Assembly: GCF_009914755.1 (NCBI RefSeq)
Contig: NC_060931.1
From: the human T2T-CHM13v2.0 reference genome, Homo sapiens
Reading direction: 5' to 3' (one strand)
Length of the DNA stretch: 64,000 bases
Below the pieces are notes generated by a model, which was not told the origin of the DNA, did no database searches, and saw nothing but the letters and a program-made list of their open reading frames with translations. This document shows, in pieces, positions 1 to 12,886 of this stretch. Both the position numbers and the translations under genes were made by a program. The stretch's first letter is position 1. Each line of letters begins with the position of its first letter.

Positions 1-248
1 GTAGATCCAGGAGGACAACAGGATGGTCCTGAGCAGAAGGATACCAGAAAGGGATGTTTAAGAGGCAATAGGATACTGCAAACCAGATGAGTCTTTATAG
101 TTTCTTTAGCTGACCCTGAAAGCAAGTGATTTCTAAGTTACAAACTGCTGAAGAGAAGAGGAACTCCCACCCAAAACTATATAGTAAGAAGAAAAAGACT
201 TGCTAAATACCATTTAACTTCTGAAACAGGAAAGAATCACTACATATT

Positions 249-758
249 TGTGATAGGCAGACTAATGCCTGCCACCAAAGATGTTCATGTCTTTCTCCCT
301 TGAACGTGTGAATGTATTATGTTGCATAGGAGAATTAAGGTTGGAGATGGGATTAAGATGGCTGATCAGCTGGATTTAAAATAAGAAGATTACCCTGGAT
401 TATCTCAGAAGGCCCAATATGATCACAAAGCTCCTTTAATGAGGAAGAGGGAGGCAGAAGAGCCAGACCAGAGAGCAGGCATAATCAGAAAGACTCCATT
501 GGTCATTGCTGGCTTTGAAGATAGAAGGTGTCCATAAGCCAATGAATGCAAGCAGCTTCTAGAAGCTGAAAAGGACAAGAAAACAGATTCTCCCTAGAGC
601 CTTCAGAAAAGAATGCAGTCCTGCTGACACCTTGATTTTCATCCAGAGAGACCCATTTCAAACCTCTAAACTCCGGAACTGTAAGACAATACGCCTGTGT
701 TCTTTTAAGACACTAAATTTGTGGTAATTTTTTACAGCAGCAATAGGGAACTAATACA
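249..758 (+). mobile_element. MLT1D-like MaLR solo LTR
   Basis: TG..CA ends. Diagnostic 'ttgctggctttgaagat', 'ttctccctagagccttcagaa' and the terminus 'acagcagcaatagggaactaataca'. Confidence 0.85.
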
Positions 759-2004
759 ATTGTGAAAAATGAGGGGAATTGGAAGGAAAAAAATTAAAGC
801 ATTTAATTTGCAAACAATTGTTCAAACATGATAAAAATGATAATGAGACTTACAAAATATCTTACAAATGAAAGAAGATAACTTTCCTGAAAGAAGATAA
901 CTATCCATAACACATAATGATTGACATAATCCTGTGAGGGTCATGACAAATATGCTCTATGAAGTGTTGGGATTTCAGCTTCCTGTTTCATTTCATGTCA
1001 GTTTTGGCAGATCTGGACTTCAGTAACTAGCAGTGTGCCTAGTACATGGTAGAAGCTCAATAAGGACTAAATCCATTATATAAACTAAAGGGGACTATAA
1101 AGTAGAAAAAAAAACTCATTATCACATATGGCTTGTGAGATTAGGCACATAGCAAAGGAAGGAAGAGAGAAGAGAGCTAAAATTATTTGGAATAAAAAAA
1201 GAAATCCAATTGAGATCCAAGTGAAATGCAAATACATTTCTAGTGAGACATTTTTAACCATTGACGAAGCTTCTTAGTTTCAGTTGGGTCTTCATAGCAT
1301 CCTGCAAAAATGCATGGCAAAGATACAGCTGAACACCCACCAGCTGAAGCTGGGCTGTGATTGTTCTGGCAAACACATAACCCAGAGTAAATATTGTCTT
1401 GCACGAAGAAGTGAGGAGGTGGATTAGGCATTGTAATTACCATTTGCTGGGTATTTGGCATTCTTTTTAAAGATTTAATCATTTAGATGAGACTTAGTAT
1501 CACTAAAAAAGGAGTCAATATTTCTGTGAGCCAGGGAGGAACAGCGCTGCTGTTTTCCTTCTGCTCAGCTGTTACATGTGCCTACAGAAAGACAACTTCA
1601 CCTGCTACTTTTTTATTCAAGACAGCACAGATAAAGAATCATGAGCAGTAACTTCTTTCAGTTCTTTTTTCTTCCTGAACACACTGTGTTCTCATCTATT
1701 ATTGATCAGAAAGTGATATTTAAATAGGGTGGCAATTTATAAAATTGCACAGGGATGTTATTACATTATCTTAATTAATTTTACAACCAGCACTCACTCA
1801 CTGTCCTTTATAGTACATCTAAAGAATTAATGTGCTGATTAACAATAGCCAAGCAGACTCAGATAGTAGCTTTCAGATAAGAACTTCTGTTAATCTTCTG
1901 CTTGTCAATTGGAATCTACTGACATAAATTGCTTTAATCTGAGTTCCTGGCATTAAGCATTTATAGAACAACATTTTGAGACACTGATTATTGTACCATT
2001 CCTT

Positions 2005-2160
2005 TGGGGCAGTGCCCCTAAATTTTAGTGTACAAAAGAGCATCTGGAATTTGTTAAAATCCAAATTATTTAGCCCTTTCAGAGAGATCCTAATTCTTTA
2101 GGTCTAATGTGGGTCCAAGAATCTGTATTTTTAACAAGCATTCTGAAAGTGTCTGAGCCA
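2005..2160. mobile_element. MER5A/B-like hAT-Charlie fragment
   Basis: 'ttgttaaaat..ggtctaatgtgggtccaagaatctgtatttttaacaagc' resembles MER5. Confidence 0.6.
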
Positions 2161-2254
2161 TGGGGTGAGGGGTATGTAACCAAACTTGTTTTGCAATCGT
2201 ATATAAATATGGACAATATTTTTGCTGAAACTTTTCTTCTTTTCTTTAAATGTC

Positions 2255-2825
2255 CAAGTCCTTATGTACATGATCTCTTTTAGTCCTCACAATGATCTTG
2301 TGAAGTAGGTATTATTATTTCTATTGTAACAAAGAGACAAAGGGTTTAGTCACTTGCTGTCTGTTTGCTCAGGCTGCCATAATAAAACACTATAGATTGA
2401 GTGGCTAAAGAACAGCAGTGTATTCTCTAACAGTTTTGGAGGCTTGAAGTCCAACATCAGGATGCCACCATGGTCAGGTTCTGGGGAGAGCTCTCTTTCT
2501 GGTTTGCAAATGGCTGCCTTCTTGCTGTGTGCTCACATGGCATTTCCTCTGCACATGCATGGAGAGATAGAGAAAATGATCTCTCTTACTCTTCTTCTTA
2601 TAAAGCCACCAATACCATTGGATTAGGACTTCACTCTTATACTGTCATTTAACCTTAATAAGCTCCTAAAAGCTCTATCTCCAAATAGTCACATTGGAGG
2701 TTAGGGCTCCAACATATGAACTTATTTGTGAGAGAGGGCGGAATTTAGTCCTTAGCCCTTGCCTATCACAAATAGTAAGTGGGATCCAGGATTTGCACCC
2801 TAATTGCCCTGACTCCAAGCCCACA
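2255..2825 (+). mobile_element. MIR SINE interrupted by an MLT1A LTR
   Basis: MIR core 'tcctcacaa..tgtgaagtaggtattattat' before the LTR and 'agtaagtggg..caggatttgcaccc..ctgactccaagccc' after it. Strand is given as the reading shown. Confidence 0.65.
2358..2757 (-). mobile_element. MLT1A/MLT1A0 MaLR solo LTR
   Basis: 'ttgctcaggctgccataataaaacactatagattgagtggct..ttggaggttagggctccaacatatgaa'. 5-bp TSD CTTGC at 2353-2357 and 2758-2762. Confidence 0.85.
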
Positions 2826-5156
2826 CCATCTCTACCTTACCTTGCCCCTCTTGCCCTCTGGGCCATTAGCAAGAAGTAGTGATGGGCTACTCAGCAACAG
2901 AGGCATGGAGGTTGGTTAGATGAATATTCAGTCTTCCATTAACTGAGAATTGACTTTAATGTAATCAGATCACTTCATTAAACTTTAAGGGCTGCCTTAT
3001 ATCTGGTGACTATGACTATTTTATTCCTGCAACTTTATTACTAGTGACATATTTGTGCTCATGGAGAAAAATAGTTCACGAAATCCCTTCCAGACAAGGA
3101 TATTCAGCAGTTTAAGAGAGGGTATTGGACAAGGCTCAGGAGGTTACATATGCTTCTATGAGCAGCTCTTCCATCTTCCCTTTCAATGCTAGATGCCTTA
3201 GCTCAACCTAGGCCAACTTAGTCTTATCCTTTTTTTTATCCCAAAGGAGTAAAAATAAAGGATACTTATCAGCATTTTTCCATCTCACAATCTGCACAGA
3301 AATGAATCATTCATTACTAAACTTCCTTTACACACCATAGCCTGATAAGAAAACAAATAAAGCTTAAAGAAAAATATTAAAACACATTTGTACAATCTCA
3401 TACCAATAGCAAGGCAAAGTCAAGTCAAAAAAGCATATATTTAAAGAACCACTTCTTGTGAATGTATAAATATTTGTATCTTTGTTGGGAACTTATATAT
3501 TCAAAAATAATATACACAACAAAAATTATATTACTTACATAAGATCATGGAGAGAAGGAAATTCCATTAAAACAAGGAACAAATATCTTTTTGTAAGGAT
3601 GAGTTCCTGTCCTAGGGTTTGAAGTCTAGATATCATGTCAGGGAAGGTATGTGTGGGAGAGAGGGTCAGGGTGAATCCCTTAGAGTGATGTAGAGAAGGA
3701 GATGGGGAAAAAATGTGCAGGGGAGTGGGGCTAGATGGAGTTTGGGGAGGGTAGATTATCATCACTGACTCTATTCTTCCTATAAAAAATGGAAATAATT
3801 AACTCCTATATTTCCAGCAATATAAAATATATATAATAGTATAAAATATATCTTTCATAAAAATTCCAAATATTGTACACATATTTGGGGCTCAGTAAGA
3901 TCAGTTAAGTTGCACAAGTCATATAGATACTAAATGTGGAGCCAGGAAATGCAGCAAATTCAGAAGTGGAATATGACATTCTAGATTTAAGAGTTTGTCA
4001 AGGAAACTTTGGAAATCTACTGTTAAAACTCAAACTAAAAATTAAACTCCTTCACTCAAAAATGTGACTACATAAGATGCAAAAGCATTTATCAATAAAA
4101 CCAAATGTAGGAGAAGATGATTCCCTCTCATCCACTGCAAATTCCTACCTGAGGTGACAAAATCATTTCCTCCACAAAATAATCACACAGTGTGAACTTA
4201 AGTGTAATGGTATCTTACCTTTAGAACGTTGTCTAAGCAACATTATAGGAGGGAAACTTTGGTTACTGAAAGATATAGCCCAAAGGGCTATGCTATTCTA
4301 AGAAAAGAACAAAATTTTCTGTAATGAGTTTTCTGGTAAGCACAGAACTTTGTAACCCTGGAGTTGAATAATATGTCCCATTTGTACATAGCTGATATTC
4401 AAAAAATTCAATAAGAGATTCAGCTTTGTGGACATTAATACCATGACATTTGACTTCCCAACTATTTATTAACAAAAAATATAAAAATCCACAAATATGT
4501 TATAAAGCAAAAAAAAAGAAGGAAGAGAGAAGGAAGAAAGAAGGTTAAAATAAAAGAGAGTAGAAACAAAAGACTATAGCAGTTTAGTTCTAAAGGAGAG
4601 GGAGAGCTTTATCAATTATTGAGTTCACTCTCTCATGTTACCCAGTGTGGACCACGGCCAGAACACACATCAAAAACACAATTCCTACCCTGGTATTTTT
4701 CCTATTGCACCACAGTATAAAATGCAAGAAACCATATTCTCCATTTATTAAATATAATCATAAGAAAGGCATGACTTATGCCTATTTTTAAAATTATCTC
4801 TACACAATTAGTTTGCAGCATTCTTTATATTTTAAAATGAGTTTACTTTGGATGTGCTGTTAAGGTAAATAATATAAAATTGATAGTATCTTTCACAGTT
4901 CAGTTGACATTCACAGAAGCTATCCTTACTTTGTCTAATATATCCCAAGCCTCATTTTCTATGCAACACAAGTAAGAGACTAGAATGAGGTAAAAGGCAA
5001 CTGTTAATCAATTTGTTCTTATAGAACAACACTAGCTTTTTCCAGTTTTTGTATGTGTGTGCCAAAGACTTATTCTTATCACCTTGAGTACATAATGAAC
5101 CTCCTAGGATTAGGCAGGTGGATGATATACAAAGATAAAAAGTGAGAAGTGACAAG

Positions 5157-5690
5157 TGTTCTAGATATCTAATGCTGTGTAACAAAATGCCCCAAACTGA
5201 ATGAGCAACAGCAAAATTTATTTTGCGTATGACCCTGCAATCTGGGTAGGATGTAAAGTAGATAGATCATCCCTGTTCCACTCAGCATCCACTGATGCCC
5301 CTTGAGGTGTAGGGGCTGGTGTCATCTGAAGTACCAAACAAATAGTATTAGAGTTGGGGATCCCTAGACATCTCTTGTCTCCAGGTGGTCTCTCCACATG
5401 ATTTCTCCTACATGGTAGCTTCAGAATAGCTGAGCTTTTTGCATTTTGGCTCAGGGATCCCAAGACATGAGCCCAAGAGAGAGAATCAGGTGAAAGCCAT
5501 ACTGCTTTTATGACCTAACTCAGAAGTTAGGCAACTTTGCATCTGTTTTGATCACAAGCCTTCCCAGATTCAAGGGGAGAGAATATGGACCTCATCTCCA
5601 CGTAGACAAGTATCAACTGTATGTTGCATGAGGAGAAAATGTGGGATAGATATATTGGTGGATCCACTTTGGGAACTAAAATCTGCACCA
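5157..5690 (-). mobile_element. MLT1G/H-like MaLR solo LTR
   Basis: 'tatctaatgctgtgtaacaaaatgccccaaact', 'ggtctctccacatg', 'tttatgacctaactcagaagt', 'cccagattcaagggga'. Confidence 0.7.
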
Positions 5691-6331
5691 ATGTCCTTCC
5701 AGCAAGACTTAAAGTGACATCATGAAACCTGAGATCAAGAGGGATTTCTCCTGAAGCAAAGCATAAAATGGAGAGGAGATTACAAATGGAGAGACCAGTT
5801 AGGAGGTTATTGCAATTGTCAAGGTAGAAATTATCATGGTGAGAACTAGTGTGATGATAGGAACAGAAAGGAGACTTCCAAGAGCACTTGTTCTGACCCT
5901 TTTCTCAATGGAAAATGAGAGAGAGGAGAAAATAAAATAGAAATGTAATAAAGACGGGAAGAGGAACAGATCTGAGCAGACAGGATTAATTTGGCTTAGA
6001 AAATTTTCAGTTGTTCTTGTGGAATGTTGAGGCAGAAGTGTCCAGTGGTCATTGGAAAATGAGAGTCTAGAGCTGTACTGTTCATTAAGACCACATACGA
6101 CTATTGTGTTATTGAACTGTGGCTGGTTTGAATTGAGAAGTGCTCTAAGAAAAAGTACACACTGAATTTTGAACACTTAGCACCAAAAAATGTAAAATAT
6201 GTCAATATTGTTTATCTTATTTCTTGAAATAATATTTCAGATAGTTGGGTTAAATAAAATATATTAAAATTAGTTTTACCTTGTGTCTTTTTACTTTTAT
6301 TAATGTGGCTGCTAGAAAATTTAAAATGACA

Positions 6332-6999
6332 GGCTGGGCATGATGGCTCACACCTGTAATCCCAGCACTTTTGGAGGCCAAGGGGGCAGATCACTTGTGG
6401 CCAGAAATTCGAGACCAGCCTGGGCAACATGGCGAAACTCAATCTCTACAAAAAAATACAAAATTATCTGGGCATGGTGGTGCATGCCTGTAGTCCCAGC
6501 TATATGGGAAGCTGAGGTAGGAGGATCACTTGAGCCCAGGAGGTCGAGGCTGCCATGAATCAAGATTGCACCACTGTACTCCAGCCTGGGCAACAGAACA
6601 AAACTCTGTGTATTAGTCTGTTTTCACACTGCTGATAAAGACATACCCAAGACTGGGCAATTTACAAAAGAAAGAGGTTTAATGGACTTACAGTTACATA
6701 TGGCTGGGAAAGCCTCACAATCATGGTGGAAGGCAAGGAGGAGTAAGTCACATCTTACATAGATGGAAGCAGGCACAGAGAGAGAACTTGTGCAGGGAAA
6801 CTCCCCCTTATAAAACCATCAGATCTCATGAGACTTCTTCATTATTATGAGATCAGCATAGGAACAACCTGCCCCTATGATTCAGTTACCTCCCACCAGG
6901 TCACTCCCACAACACATGGGAATTCAAGATGAGATTTGGATGGGGACACAGCCAAACCATATCACCCTGTCTCAAAAGAAAAAAACAGAAAGAAAGAAA
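6332..6999 (+). mobile_element. AluJ, split near its 3' end by THE1B
   Basis: Dimeric Alu with J-type 'ggaggatcacttgagcccaggaggtcgaggctgc'. 18-bp TSD AGAAAATTTAAAATGA(C/T)A at 6314-6331 and 7000-7017. Confidence 0.93.
6609..6964 (-). mobile_element. THE1B MaLR solo LTR
   Basis: 'tgtattagtctgttttcacactgctgataaagacataccc..gggaattcaagatgagatttgg..cagccaaaccatatca'. TSD CTCTG/CCCTG. Confidence 0.9.
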
Positions 7000-7379
7000 A
7001 GAAAATTTAAAATGATAAATACTTGTCCCATTATAATTTTACTGGACTGTTGGTCTAGTTTTGATGAGAAAGCATATAGGGAATACTTTACCCTAGCTCT
7101 ACACTATACCTGAAAGCATGGGATTGAATGATGTCTCAAAGGAGGGAATTTTAAAAGGGAAAAAAGAGGAACTGAGAAGATAATCTTAGGAATTCTCACA
7201 ATTAAAGAGTAGAGAAGGTAATAAGCAGAGGAGTTCATAGCTTCATCTCCTACATTTCCTATTATATGTTTATGTAAATATTTACTGAAAGAATAAGTAC
7301 ATGGAAAATGAATTAATGTTTGCTTAATTTAAGAAAGTTCTTCATGCTGCTCAGCAAACATTCTTTATTTCCCTAAACC

Positions 7380-9770
7380 CCCATCTACTTTCGTTCTCCT
7401 AAACAACTATTTCCTTCCGTCTCTTCAAACCTTGAACCTCAAATATTTCCTCTCCTATCCTCACTGTCAGCTGATGATCTTGCATCCCCATTCTTTAAGA
7501 ACCAGAAGCAATTACAAGGGAAGGAACCTCTTCCCTAAGCTTTGCTCCCACCCACCTCATCTGGTCTGCATACCTTCATACCCATCTCCTCTCCCTTTAC
7601 CATGCTCCAACTTAGCCAACCCTTCCACTTGTACAATAGGTCCCAGCTCCATTCGAAAAAGAACACGGCCCCAACAGTACTTTCTCTCCTGCACCATAAT
7701 GTCCCCTCTCTACTGGATTGTTTGTCCAATCAGTATAGAAAAGTGCTGTTTCTCCCATCTTAATGCAGCCCTCTTTTGATACTACTTCACCCTCCAGTTA
7801 TTGCTTTTTCTCTTCTTCCCTTTGCATCAAGATATTTTAAAAGAGTTGTCTATGCATGCCGCCTCCAGTTTCTCTTCCTTATCCTCTCCTGAATCTACAT
7901 CAATCATAATTTCCACCATCCAGCTGTCCTTGTCAAGGTCACTAATAAAGTTGCCAAACCGGCTCTCAGTCCTTGTCTTATTTGACCGCTCTAAAGCAAT
8001 TGATGCAGTTGGTCATTTTCATCTACACTTGGCTTCCAGAACAGCATACATTCCTGGTTTACCTTCTATGCCCCTGGCTGTTCTTTTCAATATCCTTAAT
8101 TGACCCCTTGTCATCTCCCTGTCCTTTATGTGTTGGAGTGCTTCAGGGCCCAGTCCTTAGAGCTCTTATATTGTTTATGTATTTTCTAAGTCAATCCCTT
8201 CCATCCAAACACACCTGGAACACACCTGTAGTTGAGAAAGTTGGGTTTATTACTCACTACAACAGGGAGAACACATACTCATACATAGGTAACCATGATA
8301 GTTTTAGTAAGATGAGGTTAGAAAGGATTATTACAAGGTTTAGGATTTGGTTGGATGATTTTGGAGAGAGTCCAAGGAAGGGAAGTTTCACTGTGGACTG
8401 AGTGCTGTCTGAAACTTCTATGATTATCTCAATAAATCTTATCTATAGAGAAGGGCAGACTAGAGCAAAGCTACAACTGTAACTAGCAAAGAAGCAACAG
8501 TTAATAATCGAAATAGGAAGATAGTTGATCTTCTTTAAAAAATATTCATGTTTTGTCTGTGTCTATTTTTTCTTGATCCATTGTGGTCAGAGTGGCCTTG
8601 CCCAATGTTGGTGTTCAATGCAATTGTTTATGGGCAACAGGGGAACACCAGGGCTTAGGTAACAGTGCGAGGCAGGCTCCTGAATGTCAGGGGTTGCTTT
8701 TGTCTAATCTCATCTAATCCCATGACTTTAAATTCCATCAATATACTGAATATTCTCAAATTTATATCCCTAGTTCTTATAGCCATGAATGGCCATGACA
8801 GCCAAAAAGTCTTCACCTACAAGGCTTTTCATACTGAACATATCTGAATCTAGTGTCCTGATGGTCCCCTCCCAATCTGCTTATTGGGGTACACTTCCCC
8901 ATCTTTGTTTAGATAACTCCATCCTTTCCAGTTATTCAGACCCCAAACCTTTCTTGACTCGTATATACTTTATCTATCATACATCTGATATTTGGCAAAT
9001 CCTGATGGCTGCACTTACGAAATGTACCCAGAATTTGAGAACTTGTCACCTCTCCAGGGCTATCCCTCTGTTCCAAGTCACCATCATGCCCCTCCTGGAC
9101 TACTGGAATAACTCCTAACTGCCCCCACCCTGATTCTACCTTTTCTCCACTTAAGTCGATTCTCAACTCAGCAGCCAGAATAATCCTGTTAGAAAATAAG
9201 TCAGATCATGCCACCCATCTGTGGAAAACCCTCGAATAAGTTCCCATCTCAAAGTAAGAGAGCCAAGAGCCTTTCTATGATGTGCTTGGTCTGGATCTTC
9301 TATCTGACCTCATCTCCTGTTATCCCCATCCTAACCCACACTGTTTTAGCTACACCTCCTTGTTGTCCTTTGAACACCTAGAAAATCATCTATTTGCAAT
9401 GGTCTTCTCTGCCCAGATGACTGTTCAGGGCCTTTGCAATGGTCTTCTCTGCCCAGAAAATTTCTTCCCCAGCTATCTCCATGTATTCCTTCCTCCATTC
9501 CCCCAGGGTTTTACTCCAATGTCATCTCAGGGTGTTCCTCCCCAGCCTTTCTGTCTAAAATGGTAACCTCCCACGCCTGACATTTCCCCTCCAGATTACC
9601 CTGCTTTATTTTTCCCCTTAGCACTTACATTACTCTCTAGCTAATATACTATATATTTACCATTTTAGTGAATTGTTTCTCTCCTAACCCCCATAGGGAC
9701 AGGACTTTTGGTTTTTTCACAGCTGTATAAAGAGTACTCAGTACGTATTTGTTGCTCGAGTGCTGTATTG
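7380..9770 (+). mobile_element. Long L2 (L2a-like) 3' portion, split by an ERV1 LTR
   Basis: L2 motifs 'tgttggagtgcttcagggcccagtcctt', 'caccatcatgcccctcctggactactggaataactcctaact' and the 3' end 'gtactcagtacgtatttgttg'. Confidence 0.8.
8186..8708 (-). mobile_element. ERV1 solo LTR, MER89-like
   Basis: Minus strand reads 'aaaagcaacccctgacattcaggagc..cataaacaatt..aacaccaacattgggcaaggccactctgacc'. Has AATAAA and interrupts the L2. Confidence 0.6.
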
Positions 9771-11419
9771 CCATGCCAGAGAGAGTAGATACTGAGACTG
9801 AGGAGGATGGCTGCCTGGCAGAGCAGTCTGGCCCACATCTCCACTGGCTGGAGGGGTTGGTGTTAAATATGCATAGGTGTGATGCTGTTTCTGGTTCCGA
9901 TCTCATTCGTGGATGGAGATGTCTACCTGTCGTGTATGCTCAAGCCAATGGCACTGTATCCATCTGAGTCATCCCTCCCTGCCCAGAGAGTGCCCCGCTC
10001 CAGCCATTCTATGTGCCTGTTTCTGTGTATCCCAGATCCTAGGCAGCCAGGCCCAGCATGAGCCATAACATTGTGCTTTGAGCTAGACAGCAGCGCCTGA
10101 CATGTTGTTTTTCCTTTCTTAGATATCATTAGACAAAAGCTTAGCTAGGGAGTTGGAGGAATGTATCATTACAAACAAACAAACACAAAAATCGAAGACA
10201 GTAGCAGTTCCTCAGTTAGTAGCTGGAAGGGCCACAGGTTGTCAATAGCAGGATGGTATTCGGTAATCATTACCCTTCTCTTTTATCCTAATTAAATTAT
10301 CCTAGTCCTAACAAAAGGAATAAATGAAAAGAAAGAGCTGACAGTAAATAGGTTTATAGAACTGAACTAGAAAGATTAGAAATTGCTTTTGTGCCAAATT
10401 GGAACATTTAATAAACCTTCTTAGAAATCTTAAAATGTATTGAGAGTATTTTCTTTAAGAGAATTTTCAAGTGTTGTATTTGCAAAATCTAGTGATGTGT
10501 GACTTATTCCTCACAAAATCCAGCCTGTGTAATTAATCTTTGATCAAAATATGTGTGTGTTATATACTTTCATATATTTATATTTATTTCTGTATATTTA
10601 TTTTCATATATTTGTATGCTTAAATATATGTATTTATAAAAAATGGATAAAATTTTACCTTTTTGAGTATTTTTAAGTTTTGGATTGTCCTTGATCATAA
10701 TAATCATAATAGATTAACATTTTTAATTTAGTTTTGTTCAAATGACTTAGTGTTGCTCCAAGCAGTTTAGAAGTAAACAGTAACTTTGCTAGCATCCGCA
10801 TTATTTTCAAAGTTCAGAGAAAACAATTTTGTGATGGATGGAATGTTTCATAAATATAGGCCACAAGTCCAGGGTTTTCAAAGAAGGATGTATCAGATGG
10901 AATAATACCAGTAGTACTTGCTTCCTCCGTTTCTTTCAGCCATTTTATGTTAACAGTGATGTTACTTGACTGGCCTTAGAGGATGAAAGAATCAGACCAC
11001 TGGAGACAGTGCATGCTGAATTTGGCATCTGCTTTTCTCTGCATCATCAGTTACTAGTGTTTTGTTTGATCTGTAACATGTAATAACAGATGATGGAGGT
11101 CGCAAGGTGTTTTTTTTGTTTGTTTTTTTTAAGTCTTTGTTCTCTTTATTTTGCTGTGTTAAATTTTGCACTTACTTTAAGAGGCTCCAGGTCATAGAAA
11201 GAATAGGTGAGCCTCTAATGGACAAGTCTTGCAGAGGCTGCCTTCTAGAGACAGGAAGCCTGGTTTCTGACTTAACCTATGAAGCAGTTAGGACTCTTCC
11301 TGGACCCAGAAAAACATACAATTGAACCAAGTCGTTTTATGCATGACCCATTCTACATAAGTAATCTTTGACACAGGATTATGTATACATATAGACTTAA
11401 ATTCGATATCATTGCACCT

Positions 11420-11885
11420 TGATGAGCAACAAGTAGCTTAAGCAAAAAAGGGACTTTACTATAAGGATACAGTGGCAGTACCTGGAACCTAAGGCACCTA
11501 TGAATGGTGCTGGGCCTCAGGAATGGGCAGGACCCAGGGGCCATATGCCTGGAGGTGTGCTCCTGTTCTCTCCCACTCCTCTCTTCACTTGCTCTCCAAC
11601 TTCTCCGTTATTTGCTTTTCCTCTTTCCTCTCTCTCCTTTGCTTTCTCCCAGTTATAAAATCTGCTTTTCACTATGCAGTAAAAAGGAATGGATCCTTAT
11701 TGGCTCTGGCTGAGTCAGGTACCCATGCTTGCCCATCAGTGGAAGTTGTGGTCAACTGGGAAAACATAGCTGGAAGGAGGCTCACAGCTGTAAAGACTGG
11801 TATGTGAACATCAGGGTAGGAGAACTGGGGGTGGGGTGTGGATGCTTCCCAGAAAGGGAACCGGGAAAACCATTTAATGTGTCTA
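11420..11885 (-). mobile_element. Old MaLR LTR (MLT1J/K/L-like)
   Basis: 'tagcttaagcaaaaaagggactttactataaggatac', 'ttattggctctggctgagtcaggtacccatgcttg'. Confidence 0.45.
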
Positions 11886-12197
11886 CTGTAATTCTTTCTG
11901 GTTCAGTGAGCCTTTTAGTGGGCAGAAAATGAGTTGCTCCCAAGTTTTAAAATCTCTCACAGTGCCTTTGTCCCTGTTCCCTAAACAGCCTTTTCCATGG
12001 TTCCCCTCCGCCAGTGGAATAAAGCCAAAACTAGCTTAAATGTAACAGGGAAATCCTTCATTTAGATTACATCAACCTAGCTTTTTCTTTTGCCACTGCC
12101 TCTCTTACACCATGAAGTCCAGAAAAATTGAACTATCTTCCATCTCCTGAAATGGCTTTATCTTTCCCAGCTCTTACTTTCACTTGGATGGTTTAAT

Positions 12198-12380
12198 CTA
12201 GTGGCTATAGTTTTAGTATGCATCAGAATCACCTGGAAGGCTTGTTAAAACTCACATCATTGGAAGAATCCACAGAATTTCTGACTCACTAGGTCTGGGG
12301 TGGAACGCAAAATCTTACATTTCTCACAAATTCCCAGGTGATGTAGAAGCAGCTGGTGCTGGGATCATGCCTTGAGAAAT
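12198..12380. mobile_element. MER5A
   Basis: 'tgcatcagaatcacctggaaggcttgttaaaac..tttctgactcactaggtctggggtgg..ttcccaggtgatg'. Confidence 0.85.
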
Positions 12381-12649
12381 TTAATTTCTCAGGAGTGCTC
12401 TTCCACGCATCTACATTTATGCAAATGTTAAGATTACTTCATTCTTAGCTGCTATGTCTTATTTTGTCTTCCTTAGCTGTTAAACCAAAAGTAATTTCTG
12501 TCTTTACTGTGCTTCTGTAGCTAGTTGGAATTCTCTTAAACCATTACCTACCTTGCATTACAATTAATTTGTAAGTGAATATTCCTTAAGGGTAATAATA
12601 ACTTACCTATTTTTGCATTATCCATAGTGCATATCAAAAATATTTTCTA

Positions 12650-12886
12650 GGCATATCACTGGTGAACAGCAACAATTTTGACTTTCTCTTTACTGTTTTG
12701 GATGCCCTTTATTTCTTTCTCTTGTCTGATTGCTCTGGCTAGGACTTCCAGTACTATGTTGAATAGAAGTGGTGAAAGTGGGCATCCTTGTCTTGTTCCA
12801 GCTCTCAGGGGGAATGCTTTCAGTTTTTCCCTGTTCAGTATAATGTTGGCTGTGGGTTTGTCATAGATGGCTTTTATTACCTTAAG
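12650..12886 (-). mobile_element. Isolated internal L1 (L1PB or old L1PA) ORF2 fragment
   Basis: 'ttggatgccctttatttctttctcttgtctgattgctctggctaggacttccagtactatgttgaatag' is ORF2 RT-region antisense. Flanked by direct repeats AATATTTTCTA. Confidence 0.88.

Larger units (their letters stand above)
6073..7052. mobile_element. MER33 hAT-Charlie DNA transposon (split)
   Basis: 'gggttaaataaaatatattaaaattagttttacc..aatgtggctgctagaaaatttaaaat'. 8-bp TSD GTCTAGAG (6065-6072) / GTCTAGTT (7053-7060). Confidence 0.8.
5760..7230 (-). mobile_element. L2 LINE fragment, split by the MER33/Alu/THE1B nest
   Basis: 'gagaccagttaggaggttattgcaattgtcaaggtagaa' is L2 antisense. L2-like sequence resumes after about 7060. 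Confidence 0.65.

Noticed and set aside
869-906. 19-bp tandem duplication TGAAAGAAGATAACT(T/A)TCC
   Set aside because: Ordinary small slippage duplication.
1240-1482. 80-aa minus-strand ORF in unique sequence with CAGCTG E-boxes
   Set aside because: No similarity to mGluR or any known protein, and short motifs alone are not sufficient evidence.
6212-6593. Alu-derived ORFs (also at 24194-24666, 36155-36906 and 58308-58593)
   Set aside because: Typical Alu translations with no exon structure.
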